Positions 47,623 to 57,851 of a stretch of DNA of 64,000 nucleotides are shown piece after piece (position 1 is the stretch's first letter; each line of letters begins with the position of its first letter). Origin of the DNA: Bdellovibrionota bacterium. Its GTDB lineage: Bacteria; Bdellovibrionota_C; UBA2361; JAAYZI01. The notes beneath the pieces were generated by a model. The model was given only the letters and a program-made list of their open reading frames with translations. It was not told the DNA's origin and did not search any database. Location: assembly GCA_050950765.1 (NCBI GenBank), contig JBMNIF010000002.1:320001-384000 (forward strand), written 5' to 3'. The position numbers and the translations under genes were made by a program.

Positions 47623-49008
47623 ATGATAGGAAACACTACCATAGCAGCACTGGCTACCGCCCCGACTCCAGCGGGGCTGGCAGTGCTACGTGTTAGTGGT
47701 CCAAACGCTCTTTCTCTTCTGAAGCGGTGCTTTAGATCTAAAACAGATCCTGCTCTTCATCCAAGACACTTGATTTTAGGATCTTTTATTGACCCCAAAA
47801 CAGGTGAAAAGCTTGATCGCTGTCTTGCAGTTTTTATGAAAGCCCCTCGAACCTTTACGGGAGAAGATGTAGTTGAGTTTCAGTTGCACGGTAGCCCTCT
47901 TCTAGCGCGTCGTTTATTACACGTCTTGTATACTGAAGGTGCCGTTCCTGCTGCTGCCGGAGAGTTCACTAAACGCGCTTTTTTAAATGGTAAGATTGAT
48001 CTGCTGCAAGCGGAAGGTATCAGCGATATGATTAACGCCTCTTGCGTACGTGCACAACGAGCAGCAAAAGAACAGCTAGCAGGTCGCTTCAGTAACATCA
48101 TTACAGACTTAGCGAATCCGTTGCGTGATATTCTGGCGGAGTTGGAGGCAAGGATAGATTTTCCGGAAGAAGATATTGAACATGAAATCATCGATCATAT
48201 TCGCAACGAACTTACTACCGTGATGGGATCTATTACAACATTTTTGCACAGTTATACTTACGGCAAACAGTTAAAGGAGGGCGTGCGCGTTTTACTCTGG
48301 GGCTGCCCTAACGCCGGTAAGTCCAGCATCTTAAACTTACTACTAAATGAAGAACGTGCCATTGTTACACCTATCCCCGGTACCACACGCGATCTGATAG
48401 AAGAATCAGGTCAGATTGACGGTTACTCTTTTATTTTTTGCGATAGCGCTGGTATTCAAGACACAAGCGATCAAGTTGAAGAGATCGGAGTGAAACGTGC
48501 CATCTCTCGTTTAAAATGGGCAGATATTATCTTATTTATCGTTGATTGCAGTGATACCACAGGTGCATGGAAACGACTCCTTTCTATTCTACAAGAAACA
48601 GATCTTACGCAAGGGACGAAAGTTTACGCCGTTTTAAATAAAATTGATCTCCCTCATCAAACCATTCGATTTGATGATATCGGTCTTATTTCAAAAGAGC
48701 TTCATCTCTCTGCAAAGACCGGCGTGGGGTTTGAGGAGCTAAAAGAAACTTTGTTGCAGAGCATTAAAAATCCAGATCAAAGTGAAGATTCAACTTTTGC
48801 TCTTACGGAAGAGCGACATAAGGTGTGCTTAGAACGCGCTCTAGCAGCACTTAATAGAACCGATCAACTTTTAGGAACAGAAACTCCCCTTGAATTTATC
48901 TGCGCAGAGGTGCGCTCCGCACTTAGCGCTTTAGAAGAGTTGATCGGCATTACCACTCCTGATGATATTTTAGGGAGAATTTTTAGTAAATTTTGTATCG
49001 GAAAATAA
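47623..49008 (+). CDS. mnmE: tRNA modification GTPase MnmE
   Basis: TIAALAT, TFTGEDVVE, GEFTKRAFLNGK, GCPNAGKSS, GTTRD, NKID, terminal FCIGK. Confidence 0.97.
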   Translation: MIGNTTIAALATAPTPAGLAVLRVSGPNALSLLKRCFRSKTDPALHPRHLILGSFIDPKTGEKLDRCLAVFMKAPRTFTGEDVVEFQLHGSPLLARRLLHVLYTEGAVPAAAGEFTKRAFLNGKIDLLQAEGISDMINASCVRAQRAAKEQLAGRFSNIITDLANPLRDILAELEARIDFPEEDIEHEIIDHIRNELTTVMGSITTFLHSYTYGKQLKEGVRVLLWGCPNAGKSSILNLLLNEERAIVTPIPGTTRDLIEESGQIDGYSFIFCDSAGIQDTSDQVEEIGVKRAISRLKWADIILFIVDCSDTTGAWKRLLSILQETDLTQGTKVYAVLNKIDLPHQTIRFDDIGLISKELHLSAKTGVGFEELKETLLQSIKNPDQSEDSTFALTEERHKVCLERALAALNRTDQLLGTETPLEFICAEVRSALSALEELIGITTPDDILGRIFSKFCIGK

Positions 49009-49076
49009 CGGTATTTTTAAGAATCGTTTATGCTGCTAGATTCAAAATAATTACACAAAAGTAGTGAGAATAATTT

Positions 49077-50294
49077 ATGATAAAATACCCGAAGCTACGT
49101 TGGCCCTTAGACACACAATTTCAAAAGATTAACGATCAAGAGGTCTTAATTTTACGTTGTCCCCTCGCTATCGGAACACCACTTTTTCTCAAAGCTGCTC
49201 TAGCACCTATTCTTGCCTCTTTTGACGGCAAGACTTCACTTGAGGAGATCGTTAATAAGTTTTCACAGTACGGCATCACACCAAGTTTTATATCGGAGAT
49301 CCTTCAAATTTTAGATAATGCTTTACTTTTAGATAATGAAAAATTTCATGAGGCAGATCTGCGTCGCCGTAAAGAATTCCACGAGAGCCCCATCCGCAAA
49401 GCAGCCTTAGCTGGTGCAGTTTATCCAGAATCAAAAAAGGCTTTGCAGGAGACACTCGATAAGTATCTTTCTTACGGCGCATCAGAAAAAACAGATCAAA
49501 ACTTAATAGCTCTACTTGCTCCGCATATAGATTATGCTAGAGGCGGAAAGTGTTACGGCATAACTTATAATAGGCTACGCCCTCAGGAGCACGATCTATA
49601 TATTATACTCGGTATCTGCCACGCTTATAGTCCACACGCTTTTCATCTGTGTAATAAAGGTTTTGAAACTCCGCTCGGCACTCAAGCTTGTGATCATGAA
49701 TTCATAGAACGTCTTGCTAAAAGATATGGGGAAGAGCTCGCCTTTAGTGATGAGATCTTACACTCAACTGAACACTCCATTGAATTACAAATTCCGTTTA
49801 TCTCTCGTTTACATCCCAAGACACCACTAGTGCCGATCTTAACAGGTAGTTTCCATTATGCACTAACACAAGGTTTCGCTGATCAGGTTCTGACACACTA
49901 TGACGCTTTTGTAGCAGCACTAGCGCTGTGTTTACAGGAAGAGATCTCAAAAGGAAAAAAGATCTGCATTATCGCCGCTGTTGATATGTCTCATATCGGA
50001 CAAAATTTCGGTGATACAGCAGCGCTTACTCCGAATTTCTTACAAGATATCGCTCATTACGATGCGCAATACTTGGATGCCATCTACAATCAAGATAAGT
50101 CTGCTCTTTTAGAACACATAAAAAAATACGATGAAATGTGCCGAATTTGTGGCTTCCCCGCAGTTTATACAACGTTAGATCTTCTGGATAGATTAAACAT
50201 CAAAACATCTGGAGAAGTACTCTCTTATGATCAAGCGGTAGACTATAAAACAGATTGCGCCGTAACCTTTGCAGGTATGGCGTTATACGCTTAA
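49077..50294 (+). CDS. amrB: AmmeMemoRadiSam system protein B (MEMO1 family) with N-terminal extension
   Basis: AGAVYP, APHIDY, EHSIELQ, DMSHIG, ICG motifs. Confidence 0.9.
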   Translation: MIKYPKLRWPLDTQFQKINDQEVLILRCPLAIGTPLFLKAALAPILASFDGKTSLEEIVNKFSQYGITPSFISEILQILDNALLLDNEKFHEADLRRRKEFHESPIRKAALAGAVYPESKKALQETLDKYLSYGASEKTDQNLIALLAPHIDYARGGKCYGITYNRLRPQEHDLYIILGICHAYSPHAFHLCNKGFETPLGTQACDHEFIERLAKRYGEELAFSDEILHSTEHSIELQIPFISRLHPKTPLVPILTGSFHYALTQGFADQVLTHYDAFVAALALCLQEEISKGKKICIIAAVDMSHIGQNFGDTAALTPNFLQDIAHYDAQYLDAIYNQDKSALLEHIKKYDEMCRICGFPAVYTTLDLLDRLNIKTSGEVLSYDQAVDYKTDCAVTFAGMALYA

Positions 50295-50402
50295 CCTATT
50301 TTTTGTTTGCCCCAGAAAGATTAAATTGCGCTTAATAGTCTTAAGGTCATTAAATAAAATGTAATCTCTTAAGCGCCGTAATCTCCAAGAAAGAGATGGT
50401 GT

Positions 50403-52292
50403 TTACTCCGCTTGCGGAACAACTAAAATGCTACTAGCTGTTTCATCTGAGAGCCTTCTAAAAAGTTCAAAAGAGGTGTCGTCATAACTCCCAGGAGCAC
50501 CAATTACGATCAGATCATAAGATCCGTCCTTAGTTTCCTTTAAAACAGCATCAAGAAAAGCGCCCTTTCCTATCCGTAAATCACACTGCAAATTATAAGC
50601 ATTTACAAGTGCCGCTGCTTGCTCCATATGACGAGCCACTCTCTTTTTTTGCTCTTCAGAATATTTTGTGCGCATAGCATGAAATACCGTCACCGCACTC
50701 TTTAAGTGACGTGCTATTCTCGCTCCGAACCTGACATCCGTCTTACCAGGCTCTCCACCTGCCGTACAGATCAGTATTTTTCTTATAGTTCCTGCAGCAC
50801 TGTTACTAATTAAAACTGGAATACCTGCCGATACCAACAAACGCCTAACTAATTTAAGCAATTTTTTATCAGTTGTACTATCACTACTTTTTTGACGTTC
50901 CACTAGGGCGATATCATAATAACCTTCCTGCACTTCCCGCAGTAAACTTCTGCCGATCTGCCCTTCACGCACCTTCTTCTCTACATGAAGTTCAGAATCT
51001 CCCTTAAGCTGCTCAACTAAGGATTGCAGATCTTTTTGCGCAGCTTCAACAGCAGTCTGATCAGGAGCAACTCGCAAAAGAGTTAACGTACCGTGCGATG
51101 CTATCGCCAACTCTTTTCCAATCTTCAAAACACCGTCCGACTTCATGGTGTTAAGCGCCACAAACTTTAACGCACTCGGTTGCAAAACATGATAATGTGA
51201 GAGAGCCAAAAAACGTTTTTCTCCAACACTAATTTCATCACGCAAAGGATCAACAGAAAAGCTCTGCTCGGTGCAAGCGATATTTGCAAAACGTTGTCCA
51301 TACGCTAAAGCTGGCATAACGGGTCTAGCACCTGTTAAAGTCTCAAGCTCAAAATGTAGCCGCTTAGTAGCACCCGAAAATTTCACATCCGTTAATTTTC
51401 CTTGACCGATCGGAAAATACCTACCATCTGCAACAAATTGTTTTTTACTGTGAACCACCATCTCCGGACGAAATAGCAATCTAACGGGAGCACCCTCTTC
51501 ATGTTGCGGAGCATCTTCGGGGAAAGGCAACTTAGCACTGCCCAGCCGAATTGCCCCCTGCTCGGCACGCGCTACAACCACATTTCCGCCACCTAAAAAC
51601 TTAGCAACAAACTCCTTTTTAGGCTTATAATAAAGAGTTTCCGGAGTACCTACCTCTATTAGTATACCCCTCTCCAAAACTCCGATTCGATCAGCAAGCT
51701 CAAAAGCTTCCTCTTGATCGTGCGTTACAAGAATCGTTGAAACTTTAATCTGACGTTGGATATCTTTAAGTGTACGTCTAAGTTGCGATCTAATCTCAGC
51801 ATCAAGCGCACCAAAAGGTTCATCAAGTAAAAGTACTGCTGGCTCATACGCCAAAGCACGCGCTAGCGCCACACGTTGCTGCTGTCCACCTGAAAGTTGA
51901 CTTGGAAAACGTTGTCCTAAACCTCCTAAGCCAACGAGGTCTAAGAGATTTTCCCTCTTACGTCTCCGCTCTTCTTTTTCAACATTACGGATGCGTAGTC
52001 CAAACTCAACGTTTTCTGCTACCGTCATATGTCTAAAGATAGCATAATTTTGAAAAACAAATCCGGCATCACGCTTCTGTGGTGGCAAGTCCGTAACGTC
52101 TCTACCGTGTAAAATTACATTACCTTCATCAGGAAAAAGTAACCCTGCAATGATCCTTAAAATGGTGCTCTTCCCACTACCGCTACTCCCAAGCAAAACA
52201 AACATCTCACCATCATGAACTTCCAAGTTAAGTTTACTGACAACGAGTTGCTCGCCGAAGCCTTTTACTATGCCATCTAAAATTATCGCCAT
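50403..52292 (-). CDS. cysA: Sulfate ABC transporter ATP-binding subunit fused to tandem USP-like domains
   Basis: GSSGSGKS, FQNYA, LSGGQQQR, LDEPFGALD; extra ~250 aa with KILICTAGG...YDLIVIGAP...SILVV. Confidence 0.88.
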   Translation of the reverse strand: MAIILDGIVKGFGEQLVVSKLNLEVHDGEMFVLLGSSGSGKSTILRIIAGLLFPDEGNVILHGRDVTDLPPQKRDAGFVFQNYAIFRHMTVAENVEFGLRIRNVEKEERRRKRENLLDLVGLGGLGQRFPSQLSGGQQQRVALARALAYEPAVLLLDEPFGALDAEIRSQLRRTLKDIQRQIKVSTILVTHDQEEAFELADRIGVLERGILIEVGTPETLYYKPKKEFVAKFLGGGNVVVARAEQGAIRLGSAKLPFPEDAPQHEEGAPVRLLFRPEMVVHSKKQFVADGRYFPIGQGKLTDVKFSGATKRLHFELETLTGARPVMPALAYGQRFANIACTEQSFSVDPLRDEISVGEKRFLALSHYHVLQPSALKFVALNTMKSDGVLKIGKELAIASHGTLTLLRVAPDQTAVEAAQKDLQSLVEQLKGDSELHVEKKVREGQIGRSLLREVQEGYYDIALVERQKSSDSTTDKKLLKLVRRLLVSAGIPVLISNSAAGTIRKILICTAGGEPGKTDVRFGARIARHLKSAVTVFHAMRTKYSEEQKKRVARHMEQAAALVNAYNLQCDLRIGKGAFLDAVLKETKDGSYDLIVIGAPGSYDDTSFELFRRLSDETASSILVVPQAE

Positions 52293-52316
52293 ACACTTAC
52301 CTTCTGCTAAACTTCT

Positions 52317-53186
52317 CTATCTGTTGCTACCCCGTTTATAACGCCACTCAATAAAACTTTTTATGATTATCGTTGCCACAGCCAATAACGCTAATAGCGA
52401 AGCAACCGCAAATGCTGCTGTGGCGTTATATTCATTATACAGAACCTCTACTTGTAGAGGCATCGTATTGGTCAATCCGCGAATATGCCCTGAAACTACT
52501 GAAACAGCTCCGAACTCTCCCATAGCACGCGCATTACACAAGATAACTCCGTACAAAAGCCCCCATTTAATATTAGGTAAAGTAACTGAGAAAAAAGTCC
52601 TCATTCCAGAAGCGCCCATCGTTAAAGCAGCCTCCTCCTCCTGACTCCCCTGTTCCTGCATTAGCGGGATCAACTCCCGTGCAATATACGGTAATGTTAC
52701 AAAGATAGTTGCCAGAACAATTCCTGGGAAGGCAAAGATAACTTTAAGATCAAAGTGATTAAGTAACGGCGCAAAAACCCCTTTAGTATTGCTATACATC
52801 AGAACTAACATCATACCCGCAACAACTGGAGAGATAGCTAGAGGCAGCTCAATAAGCGTTAATAAAAACTGTTTAAACGGAAACTTAAAACGGGAGATTA
52901 ACCATGCAGCAGAAAGACCAAACAACAGGTTCATAGGCACTGAAATAAGTGCTGTTAGAAGTGTTAACTTCATTGCCGAAACAGCGTCCGGATCTGTAAT
53001 AGCCTCAAGATAAGCGTCCCACCCTTTTGAAAAAGCTTGCGCAAAAACCACGCATAACGGCACTATCAAAAAGAGTGTAACAAAGAGAAGCGCTGTTAAA
53101 ATCAGAAACCACCGCCCTACTAAAACGGCAACGCCTAATTCCCCCTCTCTATTTTGCTTCTTTTTAATTACCACTTTAACGATCAC
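52317..53186 (-). CDS. cysW: Sulfate ABC transporter permease CysW
   Basis: ARELIPLMQEQG, LPNIKWGLLYGVILCNARAMGEFGAVSVVSG. Confidence 0.95.
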   Translation of the reverse strand: MIVKVVIKKKQNREGELGVAVLVGRWFLILTALLFVTLFLIVPLCVVFAQAFSKGWDAYLEAITDPDAVSAMKLTLLTALISVPMNLLFGLSAAWLISRFKFPFKQFLLTLIELPLAISPVVAGMMLVLMYSNTKGVFAPLLNHFDLKVIFAFPGIVLATIFVTLPYIARELIPLMQEQGSQEEEAALTMGASGMRTFFSVTLPNIKWGLLYGVILCNARAMGEFGAVSVVSGHIRGLTNTMPLQVEVLYNEYNATAAFAVASLLALLAVATIIIKSFIEWRYKRGSNR

Positions 53187-54076
53187 TCCCTATGCTTTTT
53201 TAAAGCTCTACGCCCCGCCCGCAGACTGATAAAATTCACCATTAACATAATAAGGAAAGATGCCAATAACATCACCAACGCCAACGCTGCGGCAGCGGCG
53301 TAGCCGTTCGGCTCCTCCAATTTAATCATAATTAATAGTGGTAAGATCTCTGTCTTTAGCGGCATATTGCCAGCAATAAAAACAACAGAACCGTACTCAC
53401 CGAGAGCTCGTGCAAAAGCTAATGAAAATCCGGTAAAGAGAGAGGGTAAAAGGGTCGGGAAGATAACGTTGCAAAAGATTCTAAACCTACCAGCGCCCAT
53501 ACAAGCAGCAGCCTCTTCAAGCTCCGGCTCTAGATCAGCTAAAACAGGTTGTAACGTTCTAACAACAAACGGGATGCCGATAAAGACGAGTGCAACAATT
53601 ACTCCCAACTCACCAGGGGCGACATTAATCCCTAAATATTCTTTAATGAGGTATCCCAACCCCCCTTTATACCAAGTTATCGTGGTCGGATCATCGGGCA
53701 CACGATAAAGCGTTACTAAAGTAATACCAGCCACAGCCGTTGGTAGTGCAAAAGGGAGATCTATTAAAGCATCAATAATCTTTCTGCCGAAGAATCTATA
53801 ACGAACCAAGACCCACGCTAGTAACGAACCGAAGATTGCATTTATAATGGCAGCGATGAAAGAAGCACCGAAACTGAGACGATAGGCAGCAACGGCACGG
53901 GGTGCTGTGATGATTTGAAGAAACTCATCCCAACTTAAAGATGATGCCGTCAGCACCAACATCACTAACGGCAAGATCACCAAGATACCGAGATAAAGAA
54001 GGGTAAAACCAAGCGTAATTCCGAATCCTGGGAGGATCCGTCTCTGCTTTTTATTGTTTTTTAAACTACAAAACAT
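53183..54076 (-). CDS. cysT: Sulfate ABC transporter permease CysT
   Basis: LPGFG, DLPFALPTAVAG, PFVVRTLQP, ARALGEYGSVVFIAGN. Confidence 0.95.
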   Translation of the reverse strand: MFCSLKNNKKQRRILPGFGITLGFTLLYLGILVILPLVMLVLTASSLSWDEFLQIITAPRAVAAYRLSFGASFIAAIINAIFGSLLAWVLVRYRFFGRKIIDALIDLPFALPTAVAGITLVTLYRVPDDPTTITWYKGGLGYLIKEYLGINVAPGELGVIVALVFIGIPFVVRTLQPVLADLEPELEEAAACMGAGRFRIFCNVIFPTLLPSLFTGFSLAFARALGEYGSVVFIAGNMPLKTEILPLLIMIKLEEPNGYAAAAALALVMLLASFLIMLMVNFISLRAGRRALKKHRE

Positions 54077-54164
54077 CTCTGTTTTTTACCCTTCTCTCTC
54101 ACTGCGATATCTAAGCTTTCAGATAACACGCCATAACATATCTTAACTAAACACTTCATTAGAT

Positions 54165-55178
54165 CTAGTTAGCTACACCGTATAACTGATCAAAGATACC
54201 ACCTTCATTAAAATGTTTTGCTTGTGCCTTATCCCACCCTCCGAAAAGTGGATCATCTATTGTTAACAACGTAATCTTCGGAAATTGTGCGGCATACTTA
54301 GCTTGAGCTGCTTCAGAGCGTGGACGATAGTACCACTTACCTGCTAAATCTTGTCCAACTTCACTATATAGATATTCAAGATACGCCTGCGCAACTTGCC
54401 GCGTGCCGTGTTTATCAGCAACCTTATCAACCAACGACACGGTCGGTTCTGCTAAGATACTAAGTGATGGTGTAACGATTTCATAACCACCTGCGCCGAG
54501 CTCTTTCAAGGCTAGGAACGCTTCATTTTCCCATGTGACTAAAACATCACCGATACCGCCTTGCACAAAAGTATTAGTAGAACCTCTAGCTCCTGTATCA
54601 AGGACCGGTACATTTTTAAACATCTTCTGCACGAATTTTTTAGCATCTTCCTCAGTAGCATCTTTCTGTTTTAGTGCGAATCCCCAAGCTGCTAAATAAT
54701 TCCAACGTGCCCCACCGGAAGTTTTCGGATTGGGGGTAATAACTTTAACACCATCTTTAACAAGATCATCCCAATCTTTAATATTTTTCGGATTACCTTT
54801 TCGAACTAAGAAAACTACTGTTGAAGTGTATGGAGCGCTATTATGTGGAAGTCTGGACTGCCAGTTATCTGGAATCATTTTAGCTTGCGTACGAATCTGA
54901 TCAATATCAAGAGCCAGTGCTAAGGTCACAACATCAGCTTCCAAACCATCAACTACTGCTCTAGCCTGCTTTCCACTCCCAGCATGAGATTGACGTATTT
55001 CGATACTCTTACCCGTTTTCTCTTTCCAATATTTTTTAAACTCTACATTAAAATCTTTATACAACTCTCTTGTAGGATCATACGAAACATTCAGAAGAAC
55101 ATCTTGCGCCACGACAGAAGTTACACACATCAAAGAAAAAATCACTGCATAAATAGAGATAAATCGAAACGATCTCAT
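54165..55178 (-). CDS. sbp: Sulfate-binding periplasmic protein
   Basis: [43 protein letters not shown]. Confidence 0.95.
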   Translation of the reverse strand: MRSFRFISIYAVIFSLMCVTSVVAQDVLLNVSYDPTRELYKDFNVEFKKYWKEKTGKSIEIRQSHAGSGKQARAVVDGLEADVVTLALALDIDQIRTQAKMIPDNWQSRLPHNSAPYTSTVVFLVRKGNPKNIKDWDDLVKDGVKVITPNPKTSGGARWNYLAAWGFALKQKDATEEDAKKFVQKMFKNVPVLDTGARGSTNTFVQGGIGDVLVTWENEAFLALKELGAGGYEIVTPSLSILAEPTVSLVDKVADKHGTRQVAQAYLEYLYSEVGQDLAGKWYYRPRSEAAQAKYAAQFPKITLLTIDDPLFGGWDKAQAKHFNEGGIFDQLYGVAN

Positions 55179-55488
55179 AACAGCTCCTAATTGTTATCTA
55201 AAAAAAACCAAACTAAACTTTGAAAGGTAAAAGCACTCTTTCAAAAAACTCTCCTCAACACCACCATAGAAAGTCTTAGCAATCCACAGCACTTAGTTGA
55301 GTAACTGAACAAACTTACTCTAAACAACCACTCTCTGCAAATCCTAGAGAGAGTAGCAAATAATGCTAAGAGATTGGAAATATTAGAAGAAAAAATGACC
55401 AGAAAAGTAAAGTCATTTAAAAATCAAGCCGAACTATACAGATGGTGGTGTTTTTAAGCTTCTGCACCGCAATTTTAAGGAGAGATCG

Positions 55489-55773
55489 ATGGAAAAGGGA
55501 AAACGTTCGGGGAAGTTTCTTTTTTTTAGCGTAATCGCTATCGCTATCTTATTTAGCGTAAACCTCTTTTCGATGGGTTTTAGTAATATCCCCTTTAAAG
55601 ATACTTCAACAAAAGAGTTCACCACGCAGAAGCACTATCCAAAGGTTGTTAAAAAAGACACCGATAGACCTAAAATCAATAGAGCTACAAACAAGCCCCC
55701 TTTCGGAAAGGAGGCAGGGGAAAAACTTAAAAAACTCTCCACATTAACGTTACTCCTTTTATGGCACGGCTGA
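55489..55773 (+). CDS. Small hypothetical membrane/exported protein
   Basis: AAGGAG RBS, N-terminal hydrophobic helix; ends 8 bp before the repeat array. Confidence 0.5.
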   Translation: MEKGKRSGKFLFFSVIAIAILFSVNLFSMGFSNIPFKDTSTKEFTTQKHYPKVVKKDTDRPKINRATNKPPFGKEAGEKLKKLSTLTLLLLWHG

Positions 55774-55780
55774 TAATTCT

Positions 55781-56820
55781 CCCTTCTAAATAAAAAGGAC
55801 ACCCACTTTTTACCTCCGTGAAGATCTAGCTAATTTGTTCTGCAAGTTGCAGCCCGTTCTGCCGTCCCTAGCGCCATTTTGACCTCCGTAAAGATCTAGC
55901 TAATTTATTCTGCAAGTTGCAGCCCGTTCGTCCGTCCCTGAAGGGTGGCACCGAAACTACCAAATTCTAAGTTTTTGTTAATGTCTTGATATTATTAACT
56001 ATTATAATTTTAGAATCTTTTAGCACTGGTGGGTGGCACCAAATTTTTAACCTCTCTCCCTGAAGGGTGGCACCAAATTTTTGCTCCCTGAAAGGTGGCG
56101 GACTTCCAATTAGGACACCCACTTTTACTGAAGGGTGGCACCAAAATTTAACCCTCCCTTCTAAAAAAAAGGACACCCACTTTTTACCTCCGTGAAGATC
56201 TAGCTAATTTGTTCTGCAGTTGCACCCCGTTCTGCCGTCCCTAGCACCATTTTGACCTCCGTGAAGATCTAGCTAATTTGTTCTGCAGTTGCAGCCCGTC
56301 CTGCTCTCCCTGAAGGGTGGCACTAAGGTCGCCAAAAGCTAAGCCTTTACTAACGTCCTGATATTATTAGCCATTGTAATTTTAGAATCTTTTAGCACTG
56401 GTGGGTGGCACCAAATTTTTAACCTCTCTCCCTGAAGGGTGGCACCAAAATTTGGCTTCCAATTAGGACACCCACTTTTTACCTCCGTGAAGATCTAGCT
56501 AATTTGTTCTGCAAGTTGCAGCCCGTTCTAGCGTTACTGGTGGGTGGCACCAAATTTTTAACCTTCGTAGAAAGCTAGCTAACCCCACTCTGCAACCACA
56601 CCCGCTCAACCGTCCCTGAAGGGTGGCACTTTTAACCTCCGTACAAACCTAACCGATCCGCTCTACAGTTGCAGCCGCTCAATCGTCCCTGAAGGGTGGC
56701 ACTAAGGTCGCCAAAAGCTAAGCCTTTACTAACGTCCTGATATTATTAGCCATTGTAATTTTAGAACCTTTTAGCACTGGTGGGTGGCACCAAAATTTAA
56801 CCCTCGTGAAAACCTAACTA
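55781..56820. repeat. Non-coding mosaic repeat array
   Basis: About 11 GGGTGGCAC, 4 GGACACCCACTTTT, 5 near-identical plus 2 degenerate ACCTCCGTGAAGATCTAGCTAATTTGTTCTGCAAGTTGCAGCCCG units, and 3 AT-rich ~65-bp units; 55781-56085 recurs at ~56156-56455. Confidence 0.95.
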
Positions 56821-56846
56821 ACTTTCTTTTACGGGGTGTCCAACGG

Positions 56847-57749
56847 TTATTGATGGTTCTTATAATATTGCGCTTTTTTCTTGATAAATTTCTCTACCTG
56901 CTCTGAGAACCAAACGGGATACTCTATCATCGGAGCGTGCCCGCAGGCATCTTTTGTAACTAGCTCCGATCCTTCAATCAGAGATTGAAAAAGTTCCGCT
57001 ACTGCTAACGGAGTAACTTCATCATTAGCCCCCCACAGTAGTAAGGTCGGCTTCTTAATCTTTTTAAGATCATCTTGTAAATTATCATGCTTAGCACTAC
57101 GCGCTGTTCTGATAATATTAACGTGATTGTCACGACTCTTTAAGATCTCAACTACCTCATCAAGCCTCTCTTCCGTAACAAACTTTTGATTATAAAAAAC
57201 TCGCTCCAAGTGTCCATGCAGAAATTCTCGACTCGGACGGAGTGGTAAATTATCAACCGTATGCTCATACAAACCTGACGAACCAGAGAGGATCAAGCAA
57301 TCAACTAACTCAGGTGCTAACAACGCCACCCTTAAAGCTACATGCCCACCTAAAGAGTTGCCACACAAGATAACGGGCTCCTTACAACAAACCCTAATAT
57401 AACACTCCGTAAGAGCAGTTAAAGCTTCAACTGAAACATCCGATCTTTTCCCCGTTAAAAGTGGGAATTGCAACGCTATCAACCTAGAATATTTCGCTGC
57501 GACCGGCATAAACGATTCCCAATTCGACATCGCTCCGAAAAGACCGTGCAACAACACCATTGTAGGCCCAGACTCACCCTCTTCTGTCGTTTGAAAATCA
57601 GGAATACGTCTCTCTTTCAACCAGACAGGATTGCAATTGCCCATCAACTCTGCCGATCTTTCGATAAGATCAATAACAGCGCTATCCTCAGCATCCAACT
57701 CAACCTTCTTTGAAGATGAAGGAATTTTAAATCGACTTTTTACCATCAA
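56847..57749 (-). CDS. Alpha/beta fold hydrolase
   Basis: LHGLFG, GNSLGG, WGANDEVTP, CGHAPMIE. Confidence 0.92.
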   Translation of the reverse strand: MMVKSRFKIPSSSKKVELDAEDSAVIDLIERSAELMGNCNPVWLKERRIPDFQTTEEGESGPTMVLLHGLFGAMSNWESFMPVAAKYSRLIALQFPLLTGKRSDVSVEALTALTECYIRVCCKEPVILCGNSLGGHVALRVALLAPELVDCLILSGSSGLYEHTVDNLPLRPSREFLHGHLERVFYNQKFVTEERLDEVVEILKSRDNHVNIIRTARSAKHDNLQDDLKKIKKPTLLLWGANDEVTPLAVAELFQSLIEGSELVTKDACGHAPMIEYPVWFSEQVEKFIKKKAQYYKNHQ

Positions 57750-57851
57750 CTACCCTACTTCAATCACCATCGGCCAAAAAATACTTTGTCTCTTTCCGCA
57801 CTTACCTAAACATTCAATTAGTTAACAAAATCCTTCCCTTTAATAATATGT

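Noticed and set aside
55967..56176. 69-aa ORF inside the repeat array
   Set aside because: Repeated WCHP peptides are just the translation of module C; no coding evidence.
55781..56820. CRISPR array
   Set aside because: Sequences between repeats are themselves repeated and irregular in length; no unique spacers and no cas genes in the window.
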